A DNA stretch of 64,000 nt from Schmidtea polychroa. Lineage: Eukaryota. The stretch covers positions 33,542,001 to 33,606,000 of the forward strand of contig CM097886.1 in the NCBI GenBank assembly GCA_044892525.1. Reading direction: 5' to 3'. Of the stretch, positions 10,760-24,365 are shown piece by piece. The notes under the pieces were generated by a model. The model did no database searches, was not told the DNA's origin, and saw nothing but the letters and a program-made list of their open reading frames with translations. The translations under genes and the position numbers were made by a program. Every line of letters starts with the position of its first letter. The first letter of the stretch is position 1.

Positions 10760-11509
10760 CCCACATTCACGAGGGATGAATAAATATACAATTATTATAA
10801 TTTATAAACAAATAATTTATAATTTTTTTTTATATTTAAATTTATTTACAAATATATGCACACTTCACAACCCATTTTGTGAGCAAGATTGCGAAAATAT
10901 CCTGTAATATTTGCGTTGTACTCAAAATTTTACCGCATTTACAGTATTCGTCTTGCACAATAGCGATATTTACGCCAAAAAAAATTTGTTTTATTTTCTA
11001 AAAAGTTAAGGCTTAATTGTTGTTTGATAGTATCTATATATTTACAAATGCAGGGGTAATATGGTTAGGGTTAGGATGAGATTGTTTTTAGGGTTGGGGT
11101 TAAGTGTAAACAAATATAAACAATTTATTTAATTGTAAATATTAACCATTTATTTTAAATACTTACTAAAAATGTAAAATATTATTAGCCGATTAAATTG
11201 TAGTCTTGATATATATAATAATTTCCATATCTATTTTCTCTGTTTACTTTCCACTGATATCCCAATTATATTGAGATCTAAAAAAAACAAGCAGAAATGT
11301 CATAGCTCAGAATGGTACATTAATCTGTTTTGGAAATTGGAATAGGCAATCTTATACATAATCTTATAATTTTAAAGATTTTTATATATGAAAAAAAGAC
11401 AGGTACCTAAGCTTTAACTCAAAGTCAAACAGGAATATGTAAGAATTTGAAGTCAAACTTTCTTAAGTTAATCCTTTAATATATATAAAAAAAGATTTCT
11501 AATTCTCCC

Positions 11510-12110
11510 CTTGTAAGGCCCAATATATGTGAACGTTATGTCTTAGTATTTTCTTGTTCCGATGATATTGTAATCATATAAATGGTCTTCATTCCAATGT
11601 AAAGTTTACAGTGGAAGAAGAAGGTAACGGTTCCGAAACAGAAATAATATAGAAGGCAACAGATACAGGTCTATACTATACTATACACTTCTTTTAATAA
11701 GTTTTGTAATTTTAAATATAATTGTAAATATGATTAAAGATTTGATTGTTAAATCGTGATCATTATTTTTACGTTTGAAAAATTTATCAAAAGTATACAT
11801 AATCTCGCTTCTCTTTTCGATTAAAAATATATATTCAAAGGGTTTTGTAGAAAGATTGACTAAAGAAACCATTGATCGCTTGCTGATTCCGTGTAATGAA
11901 AACAATGAAAATTAAAGTTCATTTAATGTTGGTGTACCTTTAAAATATCATATTTTAGCTATTCCATATTCAAAGGATTTTAAAAATTTTAAGTTCGCTG
12001 TCAGGAAATCAGTAAGCCATTCCAATATATGTAAAATATTGTCAAAATCTTATTATTATTAAATATTTTTGGAATAAATCTGAAACACCAATAGATTTAG
12101 TGTCTATATA
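11510..12110 (+). mobile_element. Decayed Penelope-like RT C-terminus and linker
   Basis: Broken translation RPNICERYV.., NGLHSNVKFTVEEEGNGS, NIYSKGFVE, ILAIPYSKDF, NKSETPIDL. Many stops and shifts. Confidence 0.6.
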
Positions 12111-14055
12111 TGCAGTATTACCTCGATATTCCGGACCTCTATTATTTGGATTAATTTTTGGTTCCGAATTAATTTAAAGAATTATCCTTATCATTTGTCT
12201 GCCACCATAATATGTTTCAAAAAATATTGATCTATCTATTATGACTTATTATATAATCTCAATAAGTTCGGTGCTTATTGAATGTTAATTATAGGGGATT
12301 GTGAATTAATTACCAATACCTCACACAAATCTTTTCTAACTTATTATTAAAAATTTTATACAAAATTGTAAAAACTTTAAAACACTTGCTCCTTTACATA
12401 TTTTTTAGTCTCAATAATATTAGTCACACTTTTCAATAGGCTATGTTTGTGAACCTGCTTGCGGAGATGAGTGGAGTCTCTCCAATTTATGTGACACTGC
12501 ACTCATTGTATGAAATCCTACAAATTGGATCAGACACTCAACCTATTGGAATTTCAGATTTATTCCAAAATTATTTTAATGATTTTAAAGATTTTGACAC
12601 TATTTTAAATATATTGGAATTGCCTAATGAGAGAAAACTTAACATTTTAAAATTCGCTTGAATATGGAATAACTAAATATCACATTTTATAAATCCAAGA
12701 CTATTAACTGAAATATAATTTCCATTGTTTTCATCAGGGGCTATCAAAGGCGATCAATGGTTTTTGTAGACATCTTCTAATAAATTTAAATAAAGTTTCA
12801 TTTACTTCGTTATTAACACTGTGCATGAGGTCTTTGAAATATTCTAGTTTTTGTTGTTTGTTTTATAACGGACAAATAATTGGAAACTAATAAAGAAAAA
12901 TACGCTCGTTATTCGACTATTTAGTTGTTTGATCAGTGTTACTAGTTATTTAACAGTATTTTAGAAAAACATTCGTTATNNNNNNNNNNNNNNNNNNNNN
13001 NNNNNNNNNNNNNNNNNNNNNNNNNNNNNNNNNNNNNNNNNNNNNNNNNNNNNNNNNNNNNNNNNNNNNNNNNNNNNNNNNNNNNNNNNNNNNNNNNNNN
13101 NNNNNNNNNNNNNNNNNNNNNNNNNNNNNNNNNNNGATGGATTATTTTTTGTTTAATTAAATATTTAGTCCTGAAAAATAATTGAAAAGTTTAATTAATT
13201 TTAAAATAAATGAAGAAAATATAATCTGATTCAATTTGTTTGCCATTTTAGCTATAAATCCGATTGAATTCTTATTTTCAGATTTTATTTGATGTATTCA
13301 ACAATAATCTATTAAATTAATTTTGTTAATAAAAGTAGTCGAACTAAATTAATTTTTTTGATTACTTATATAAATGAATAAATATTATTTATTAGAAAGT
13401 AATAAAACTTTTTTTACTCTAAGAAAACTGTAAATATATGTATTTTCTCACAGTTTTCAAGATAAACAAATATTTACATAAAGCAGTTTAAAGTGCCGCC
13501 ATTTGCTCGATTTACCTTTAATTTCAAACCGCATCAAAAATTAACTTTATTATATTGTTTTAATTATTGTTCTCAAGTAAGAACCCCCCAAGAGTAAATT
13601 AAATTTCTACAAACTACGAAATTATTTTCTTTAATTAATAATCACTAAAATATTTTGTTTACTTTTGATTTGCTTTTTTCTTATTTCAAAATTTCATTTT
13701 TCATATTTCGACAACTGATAAATATTTTCCCATTTTATACAATAATAGCCACTGAAATATTCAAGTGTTGTTTTTACAGTCAATTTTGACAAGATATTTT
13801 GTAATATCTTAAAATATTAATTGCAGTTTAATTCAATTGAACGCGCAATAGTTAATAATGCCATGATTAAAATTGGAAATAACAATGAATGTCAAATGTT
13901 AATTATTAATAGGCGAAAATAGTTCAAAACTTCATGAAAAAAGTTGGTATTTAGATGTCGTTTACAAACTTTAAATTCTAGAAATAAAACTATTAATTTT
14001 CTAAAATTTCTGAAAATTGTAAATAATATTTTCCTTGTAAGATTTATTCGCTTAA

Positions 14056-14296
14056 CCTCTTAAAAGGCTATGGCGGATTTGTAGGTCATCAGCATATGCA
14101 TTACAAAACGCATAAGATGAATAAAAATATATCATCAATATTACTTTTGTTAACATATTATCTTAAAAAATATCATCCATTAAGATATTATTTTACTTTT
14201 TGTAACACTATGCTCAAGACGTATATATACGCTAGCGGATAACAAAATTTGTCGCTGAGGAGCGGTTTCGTTTGACGAAATAAATCACATAAGAGG
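14056..14296. mobile_element. piggyBac-like MITE
   Basis: TTAA-CCTCTTA ... TAAGAGG-TTAA (7-bp TIR, TTAA TSD). Confidence 0.55.
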
Positions 14297-16047
14297 TTAA
14301 AAATAAACATTTTCTTGCATTTATTAGGAAATAATTATAAAAATTTATTAATATCACTTTTCAACATTTTTGCATTCAACACGGCTTTCTATTTAGTCAT
14401 TTTTAACAGAAAAAATTCTAAAATTTAAATTATTTAGCATTAAAATTAAAACAATAGATTATTGTTATTTTATTCAGTTTTTTGTGTGATAAATAAAATT
14501 TATGTTGCCTAATAGAAATGTTTTTTTCCAACAAGATTTCGGCAGTGGCCACTGAAATTCATACTTTAAGATCCACAAATATATGTCATATTTCCATTTT
14601 CATAGTAGAATACAGACCAAACTTCAATTAATTCATAGTGTGCTCATTGTTAAAATAATTATAAAATATATAAAATAAATTTATAAAATGTATATTTTTA
14701 ATTTTATAAAATCATACATTAAAATCAAGTTTTCCAAAGTACGAAATTTATCTATTTATGAGAAAAAATAAATTGAAATAATGTTTATAGAAATTCTAGT
14801 TGATCAAGAAAAGTTCACTGGGAAATAAAAATAATAATTTAACTTCATGACTACTTATAATATGAGATAAAAATTTTATGACTGTTTTATTTTTAAAAAT
14901 TTATATCAACTTTAGTAATAAAATAATTTCAAATATTAAGTTATAAATTAATATTTTGTTACTGTATTTTATTTTTGAATAAATATCAGATGTGGCAATT
15001 ATTTTCTTGATGAAGATCTGAAGATCGTGTAAAATCGAAGAAAATGTATCGAAAAAAAGAATTATAATAGCTGAATTATTATTTAATTATAAAATATAAT
15101 AATAAATTATTAAAAACTCAAAAAATCGAAAATTGAAATATAAGTACAAAAGTAATTAAAAATTTTATTTTATAAATACTTATAAATTTTAATTTTTTAA
15201 TTTCTTAAATTAATTTTTAAAAGTTATTATAAATATTCGTTCAATGTCGTGTGTTTATTTTCCGTACGGATTTTGTAGCCAAATGAAATTTTTCATTTTC
15301 TACACTTACAAATGGTTTCTGTATAGAATTTTGTGGTTTCAAAAAAGATATGTGTAATTAATTTTAATAGAAAATATAGGTCATAGAATATTTTTACAAA
15401 AGAATTCTGGTCCAATCAAATTTTTGTGCACAGTTTTCAATTAATAAAGTTAGAAAATAACAAAAATACGAGTAATTTCTTTGAATGAGAAATTCTGGAC
15501 GCTGAAAAGTGACTTTAAATAATAGTATTTAATGATCTCAAAGATTTTATTTATACTTGCTTTTTTAACACTACAAAAATTTACAGATCAAGTCGATCAA
15601 TTTTTAGTAAGTAATAGCTCATTCTTAGCAACATTTCTATCAATAGCAATGATAATCTCTACTTAAGAGATGCCCTGAAAACTATATATGTTAAGTATTA
15701 GAAACATGTTCAATATTTCAAATAATCTTTCTCCTCAATTAGTTTGTAGACATCTTGTGCAATTTCGTAGTTTTTCTGTCGTTCCTCAAAATTAATCAAA
15801 AGTGTGGTCACCATATTAAAAAATCTTTAATGGTGTTTCGAGTATTTATAGGATTCATAATTGAAAAGGTTCGAAAAATATATTCATAAAACAATAGTTC
15901 TTCATAATAAAAAAATCAGAAGAATTTTTTTTCAAAAGTGTTCCTAAACTTAGTAAGATTAAAAATTCAATTCATTTGATCAAACAAATTACTCAATCAT
16001 ATTTATTTATTCATATATTTAATTATTTATTAAAAATTATGAAATAT

Positions 16048-16470
16048 CAGGGCCGTAACAAGGGTGGTGCGAGCGGTGCAGTCGCACAAGGCGCACATCT
16101 GCAAGGGGCGCAAAATTGGAATGTAACATTTTTTTAATGTTGCCAAAAAATAACAAAATATAAATAAAAGAAATTATCAAATGGCCTGCAAAACGACGCC
16201 CTAGCTAGCCTATCTTTACCATTGTTGATTGAACTGGTCCATTAGCGTGCCTTCTTTTTGTTAGTCCACAAAATGGGTTCCTGTCATTTTTTCAATTAGC
16301 AACAGAATTTTAAGAACATTATTACCTATTATAATTGCTGGAGATGAATAAATAGTTAACAATCTTAACATGAATATTATAATTATTATAGTAGGCTGTT
16401 CTGAATTCGGGTTTTAGGGGCGCCAGATATATGAACGCATAGGGCGCAATAATGCCTTATTACGGCCCTG
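16048..16470. mobile_element. hAT-type MITE
   Basis: TIR CAGGGCCGTAA/TTACGGCCCTG, with TSD tgaaatat/tgagatat (7 of 8) and GC-rich gggcgc subterminal motifs. Confidence 0.9.
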
Positions 16471-17045
16471 TGAGATATTATATTTAAGTTATGAAAATTT
16501 TACTCATCTCAAATTTATAAAAATTTTACAAAGCAATTTTATGAAAATGTTAGTTTTCCAAAGATTTACGAATAGGTTTAAACTTTACAATATTTATGTT
16601 TTATAATATTAATAAAATATGAAATTCAGTTTAAATATAATACGAAAATAAAATATAAGGGTAAATGATATTAAATGAAATACATAATATATATAAATAG
16701 GATATATAAATAAAAGTGTAACCAAAAAGGGGATGAGTTCAAACCTTCCCATGAAAATAGAGTCCAACAATGCAAATGAACCAAGCGAGATGTTTATTGA
16801 CATTATGTAATTTTGAAATGTCACTGAAGTAGAAAAGTGAATAATGAACCTTGGGAATCTTTTATCTTTTTTATCTTTTTACTTAATAACTATTTTAACT
16901 CTACATGATAAGATAGTTCCAGAAAGTTCTTTAATTGGCAAAAAATGTTTTTGGGTTGAAATAAATACATTGATTAAACAAAAGTTCTGAACTTTATTCC
17001 CACAGACATATTTTGACTACGTAAAATATAAATAAACTTTAATAC

Positions 17046-17904
17046 CTGGCTGGATATTGAAGCCATCTTTATCTACATCCGGATAAGTACCCGTTTCATG
17101 CAGAACAATTTTCAATCCTTCACCACGCTCTAAAATATCCATTACGAATGCATCTTTTAATTCTGGAATTAAACTAGAAGGTATCAATGAAGCGACGACA
17201 ATTAATGAACTGATGTCATGAAATGTGCCACTCATTGCTTTCTTTGGCTCAACTGTCCAACAGTTGAAATAGTTCCTGTGAGTAAACATTCGGACACTGA
17301 GATATTCTGACAAATCACCAGTACAGTTCCTCGAAACTAACTTTTGATGTATGATGTCAACAACGCAGAATTGAAAGAACTCCTTCAAATGGCTTAGATT
17401 TATTGTTTCATTTACTGTTAAACCAGTGTAGTAATTTTGTACCTCATCCCTAAGAACCATTGTATCAAATTCGATACTGGTTTTATCATATAAATGGATC
17501 AGACTTAAATCTATTAACCGTTGTGTGAATTGATTTGGAGATTTAATTTTTCTGCTTTCCCAAAGAGTATTAGCTTTCAGAGAAAAAGGATTGTGGGAAC
17601 ACATAGTAATTGCTGGGAATAAACTTTCATCTTCAAGTTTCGTACTTGTATGCCAGGCTGTATAGTAGCCCAAATACTCTATCACTAACAGTACAATAGT
17701 AACTAGAAGCATAAATGTAGTCGTGAAAACGAAGCCCACCCATAGAACTTTTAAGAATGGAGTTTGAGCTTTGCTGATCTTTTGCATTCCTCTTATTGAG
17801 GAAGTAGCACAGAATATCGAAAATATATCATTAGAATCTGCCATGATTGGTTTAGAATTGAATTGAGTAATATGTGATGACCTTTTGTTATTTTTGTAAG
17901 ACAT
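17046..17904 (-). CDS. DEG/ENaC amiloride-sensitive sodium channel family, first large coding exon (N-terminus, TM1, finger/palm)
   Basis: Pre-TM1 FCATSSIRG, TM1 VLWVGFVF..LLVIEY, FPAITMCSHNPFS, YFNCWT, GLKIVLHETGTYP..GFNIQPG; donor CCAG|gtatta at 17046/17045. The upstream gap may hide 5' exons. Confidence 0.93.
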
Positions 17905-19925
17905 TATCGTTTTATATTTCTCATNNNNNNNNNNNNNNNNNNNNNNNNNNNNNNNNNNNNNNNNNNNNNNNNNNNNNNNNNNNNNNNNNNNNNNNNNNNN
18001 NNNNNNNNNNNNNNNNNNNNNNNNNNNNNNNNNNNNNNNNNNNNNNNNNNNNNNNNNNNNNNNNNNNNNNNNNNNNNNNNNNNNNNNNNNNNNNNNNNNN
18101 NNNNNNATAACAGTACGTAAAAGTTCTATTCATGAAAAGTAGACATTAAATATGGTACATGTCTGTTTTCCACACATGCATCATTGAAATATATAATAAA
18201 CAATGTCATAATCTGAGAACTCAGACAATGAAGATAATCAATCAAACATGCAATCATTCATATACATAAAATTATAATGGTTAACATAAAATAATATAAA
18301 GGACAAGGAAATCGAATATTCAAATAAAACGATATCACACTCCCTTGTTTTAAATGGCTTTAGCCCTTCTATATTCTCACAATATGTATAATCTTGCTTA
18401 TGTCTAAATTCTTCCAAGACAAGTACTGATTTATCGACACAAATATATATGAATTCTATTTTAATGGTACCATTAACTGATTTGATATTATTTAATATTT
18501 CATTTTCTCTTGATTATTTATATATATGAAAAAAAGAGAGTTTGAAGACTATAAATCGGTAATATTTCGATGTTTGTTGATACTCACGAATTTTCGGCAC
18601 TGCTTTTTTCTAGTGAAAATTCACTGATAAATTCAATGGAAAAATAATCAATGGTGAAATTAGAAAAAAAGGTTCTAAATTAATAAATTTAAAATCCAAC
18701 CGAACTTCAGTTAAACACATATTAAAATAATTCGGTCAGCAAAATACTTTACTTAAAAGGTGGAGCGAAATGGTTGCGATAAATGTGACACTACGACTTT
18801 AGAGGATAATAGAGCTTATTGAGGAGGTCAAACAAGTTATCAGATATTCAAAATAACATTTGTTAGATTTATTTAGGTTAGAACTCTTATCATTTTATAA
18901 ATATTGATTTATGATGAAAATTGTTTATTGATTTATTTATTGATTAATTATATATATATATATATATTGAAAAAAAATTTAATTTATTGAATTAAAATAA
19001 AAAAAACTACTGAATATTAAAACATGTTACATTTTTGTATGTGATTTATACTATAATTAATTTTTATTAAAAATAATTTATCCAATGTTTAGATTCTGTC
19101 AAATATTAAAAATGGTATAATTATTAAATTTAAATAGATTGAAATTTAATGATATAGAAAATTTGGTTTTTAATTTTGTTGTCATTTTTAGTGACTTTGA
19201 AACAAATTTTTTAATTGACTATGTCAATCCTAACAAAAATTAAAATAAAAATAATAGTTTTTAGGTGAAATTTGGTGTCAAAGAAATTTAATTAATAAAA
19301 TAAATCAATTACCATAGGTGCTAAAAAGTATTTACGGTTAGTTTTGGAATAAATACTGTTCCTTTAGTAACTAAAGTTTAGTTAGATCAGGACTACAAAA
19401 TATTGCTATTTATTTTTTAAACTATAAACTTTAAAATAAAGCGTAACTAAACATAGCTTAGCTTAAACAAAGTAGGAAAAATTAGGAAAATAGAAAAAAT
19501 ACATCACAGTATAAAAAATGCATATAAAATTTATCATTAATCGTATGAAAGATAAGCTTAGTATTTGTTATATTAATGAAATCTCGAAAAATTTATTTCT
19601 ATTTGATTATTAAACAATAAAATAACAATTTGATAAATGATGTTACTCACTAAAAGTTTATAAAATTTCCTGTATAAGAAAAATTACAATAAAAAGTATC
19701 TATGAAATTTATCATATGAAATTTATCATACTCAAATATTTTTATATTTTTCACTTTTGATCACTTTTATTTTTTTATTTCTTTATTTTCATTTTTTATT
19801 TTCACTTTGTAATTAATAAAAAAAGAAAATATTTCTAAATGGTTTTTATATTAGTTTAAATTTAACTTGGAAAATTTCAATTAAATATGGATATTATAAT
19901 TTAATAATTAAATAATTATTTAAAA

Positions 19926-20509
19926 CTGGGCGTGCAAATGGTGGCCCGTGGGCCAAATGTGGCCCGTGAGGCGAATTTTTCTGGCCCGTGAAACCATGAA
20001 ACTCCTTGATTTTTATCAGCAACTTTTTCCAGCAAGCGAATTTCCAAATCTATCAAGATTTGTTCAAAAGCGACAGGCTTTGATTGGTAGCACTTACAAG
20101 TGTGAGCAGCTATTCTCCAGAATGAAATTCGTTAAATCAGTTCAGAGATCCAGGATAACTGATCATCATCTTGAAAGTTCCTTGCGATTAGCAATATCCG
20201 GGATTTCACCGGACATTAATTCTCTTGTGGAGAGTTCAAAGTCACAGAAAGAATAAAATAATTAATCTGTTCATTTTTTTAAATAGTTTAAAGCGGATAT
20301 TATTGTACACTATGCTAACTAGCTGCAGTAATTAAGCGTATAGTGTCCTGTTTTTTTAGATTAAAAGGTAAACCCTAAGAAAAATTCCGCTGAAAAGAAA
20401 TTGGGTTTTTTTATTTGAGCGGGGGTTTTTTTTTTAAAATTTTTTCTGGCCCTATAAAAATAATTTTCCTAAAAGTGGCCCTCGGACCACTTTTGGCTGC
20501 ACACCTCTG
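19926..20509 (+). mobile_element. Non-autonomous Charlie/GTF2IRD2-like hAT deletion derivative retaining the transposase C-terminus
   Basis: Perfect 8-bp TSD ATTTAAAA, degenerate TIRs with tggcccg subterminal motifs, and coding LLDFY..FPNL..IGSTYKCEQLFSRMKFVKS..RSRITD.HLESSLR. Confidence 0.93.
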
Positions 20510-23500
20510 ATTTAAAATATTATTTAAGAATTTCGAAAAAAATGTAAAATTTATTGTGAATTTCTAATTCATAAAAAAGAAAACGCTAGGCTATTAAATT
20601 ATTGAAATTAATATTGTAAAAAAGTTCAACATTGAAAAAGCATAATTCTTAATTGGGATTTGTATTAGATTGGGATTTATATTAGAATGATGAAATCAAA
20701 AATGTACTAGATAATTATTTTACTGTCTGTAAAGTAATTTTTTTCCACTTTACCATTTTTGTTTTAATAAAATGAATAGAAATCAATTATATATTATCAA
20801 TTCAAATTTAATATTTTATTTTCATCCCAGTCTGTGAATTCCCAATGGAATATAATGATTTTTGAAAAACGTATAATTAAAAAAATCTCTACAAAATTTA
20901 ANNNNNNNNNNNNNNNNNNNNNNNNNNNNNNNNNNNNNNNNNNNNNNNNNNNNNNNNNNNNNNNNNNNNNNNNNNNNNNNNNNNNNNNNNNNNNNNNNNN
21001 NNNNNNNNNNNNNNNNNNNNNNNNNNNNNNNNNNNNNNNNNNNNNNNNNNNNNNNNTTGTATTAATGACATTCATAATTACGTTACATTTTAAATTTACT
21101 TCATTCAAAAAATCCTACTCTTAATTATATTATTAGAATAAATCTTCAAAAAAAGTTTCTTTCGTTGTTTTAATATATAGAAATGGAATTCAAAAACCCT
21201 TATTACAATTACCAACATATATTCACACAATAATTTATTAAATTTATTATTTTGTAATTTTTTAATAATTTACTTTATTAAATAAACACCTAGATACATT
21301 TAATAATTTTTATATTTCCACAATAAAAATAATAATAATAATTATAATTATAATAACAACATTGTTAATATTATAAATTTATTTTAATTCAAATTTTAAT
21401 TAATAGTTTTTATATTTTTAATTATCGTTGAACATATTTAAAATTATTTTTTGATCTTCAATGTAACTTTGATTAGAAATGAAAAAGTATATTGATTAAT
21501 ATATATATAAAACCAATTTTCTTTATTTTCCATGTTTCATGTATTTTAATTAAAAATAAATGAAATATTTTTAAAATTTTTATTAAGTTGAAATTTAGTT
21601 AATTAAAGTTGTGTAAAAATGAAAATTTCTTAATTTCTCTTNNNNNNNNNNNNNNNNNNNNNNNNNNNNNNNNNNNNNNNNNNNNNNNNNNNNNNNNNNN
21701 NNNNNNNNNNNNNNNNNNNNNNNNNNNNNNNNNNNNNNNNNNNNNNNNNNNNNNNNNNNNNNNNNNNNNNNNNNNNNNNNNNNNNNNNNNNNNNNNNNNN
21801 NNNNNNNNNNNNNNNNNNNNNNNNNNNNNNNNNNNNNNNNNNNNNNNNNNNNNNNNNNNNNNNNNNNNNNNNNNNNNNCGATATAAAATTATTATGGTTA
21901 AATGGCAGAAGTGAGATCAGTTAGTAGAAATAATTATTTCTGTTAAATTTTTATATTTAAATTCTATATTAAATTATATCATATTATATTAAATTATATT
22001 AAATTAAATCAATTAAATGTATGACCAGTAATTACATTAATATTAATAATTATCACGCCTTGGTGTTAAAATACGCTAGTAAACGACACAATTTTGAAGT
22101 TGTTATAAAAAATAAATGCTTGAAGAAGATTNNNNNNNNNNNNNNNNNNNNNNNNNNNNNNNNNNNNNNNNNNNNNNNNNNNNNNNNNNNNNNNNNNNNN
22201 NNNNNNNNNNNNNNNNNNNNNNNNNNNNNNNNNNNNNNNNNNNNNNNNNNNNNNNNNNNNNNNNNNNNNNNNNNNNNNNNNNNNNNNNNNNNNNNNNNNN
22301 NNNNNNNNNNNNNNNNNNNNNNNNNNNNTTTCAATAGTTGAGAAATTATTTAGCCAATTAATTACCGCTAAACTCCAAAGGTATATGTTGACATAGATCT
22401 CAAATTTTCAACAATAATTAATTGATAAATAAATGACACTTTGACAACACCTGAATTATTTACATAAACAAAACATATTTTTACATATCAATTATTCATT
22501 CATTCGCGAAAGAATCATTATTTTCAGGCTTTTTGAATTTTTTTTCATTCTTCACTTGTTGTCAAGCACTTATATTGCAGAATAATAAAGTAGACAAATT
22601 AATTTGGTACAGTAAATTAAGTAAATTAAGATGTTTTAAATAATTTAATTTAATTATTAACTTGAAAGATATTTCGGATTCAATCATTCCCATAAATACT
22701 AAGTGTGACAGTGATTTCGATAAAGTATTAGTATTGCGTAATATGTCGTACCTAAGAAACATGTATTGGATTTATGACAATTTTGGCAGGGAATTCAATC
22801 CCACCTGACTTCACATGTCCTTATTCAAAAAAACAATACCTGATATCGTTCAGCCATATTTTCAAAAAATAACTAAACAATTTACAGTTCAATAAAAAGC
22901 CTCTTTTGAAAAATTGAATTTTGGACCAATATTGCCAATTTCGTTATGCTTGACTCCGTTCATGTAGATGGTAATCATATCTATCTACGCGTCGTATTCA
23001 CTATTTTTCTAATCTTTCTTTTGAATTAATTCAATTAATTTTAAATATTTTTGCCACCGTTTGACATGCCATTATAGCATTTATCAAGCTATTTAATAAA
23101 TTATTTATCAAGCCTAACGATTTGGTTTTCCGACTCAGATGATTGATGTCAACATAATTTTTATAAAATTAATAACTAGTTTGTAACTTTCCTTGGATTC
23201 CCCCTTATTATTCCCCTTTATTTACAATAATTATATTCATCCTTTAATTTTCGTTCGCTTCTCAAACCTAACTTATGACTATAAAAAATCCCTATGAGAT
23301 AAATATAGTGAATGTGACAAAACCTTTCACTGCAACATTTTGATTTTGTCTTGGGTCATCTTTCTAACGTGGGTTTTTTGCATTTGAAAAGTTATAATTT
23401 TTATAAGTCCTATAAAAAAGAAGAAAACTTAAGATATAATGAGCAAATTTTAATATTTTTGTGAATGTCGTTAATTAATTTCAAATATAAAAAAATTGTT

Positions 23501-24255
23501 TTAATATTTGATATTAATTGAGAAGCATATTTTTAAATAAATAAATTTTTGTTACACGAGTTTGGCATTCATTCGAATATTTATTTTGGAATTTTAAACA
23601 TGGAGGAATTACGGATTGCTACAATGAAAAGGAATTATTAAAACAAAAGAATAAAAAACAAAGAATTTAATACATTTTCTTCCAATTGTAGTAATATATA
23701 ACTGAATAACGTCAGTTAAAATATTTTACAATTAATTAGAAGGAACATAAAAAAGCTATTAGTAATTTTCAAAAAATTCATTTGCTAGCTTAAATCGAAT
23801 GGAAACATTACAAAATAAAACATTTCCTTGCAAATATCCTTTAAATGTCGACTTAAATTTGTATTATTTAAACAAGAATTTGAACAAAGAACTCAAATTA
23901 ATAAAATTTACCATTTATTTGAAAAACAGTTAAATTTTTAATTACTTATTTCATCTTTTATTTCAAATATTATCAGATTGTTGAAAATATCTCTTGATAC
24001 GATTATTTCCTAATTCAGTTTATTTAATTAAATACTAAAATAATAAATCAAAAACAATTGAAATTAATTAAGCGGCATGAGAAAAACAATAGAAAGATGA
24101 AAAGAAAAGCAAATTTATTTCAAAAAGAGATTTAAACAATTTACTTTTTGGTTACCAAATATTTTAATTTAAATATTTCAAAAGCAATTTAATGAGCCAA
24201 AAGAAATCAGCGAACGTTGAGATTTCAATTATTATTAACATAGTTATAATTTATT

Positions 24256-24365
24256 ATAATTATTGATTATTATTGATTATTAATGATTATTATTGGTTAT
24301 TATTGATTATTATTGATTATTATTGATTATTATTGATTATTATTGATTATTATTGATTATTATTA
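24256..24365. repeat. (TATTGATTAT)n decamer tandem repeat
   Basis: About 11 near-perfect copies seen directly. Confidence 0.95.

Noticed and set aside
11064-11102. TTAGGG-like repeats
   Set aside because: Only about 3 degenerate units, typical of MITE interiors rather than a telomere or addition site.
15005-15040. TGATGAAGATCTGAAGATCG hammerhead-like start (also CGAAACGTC near 28030 on the minus strand)
   Set aside because: Each has only half of the catalytic core and no supporting stems I/III.
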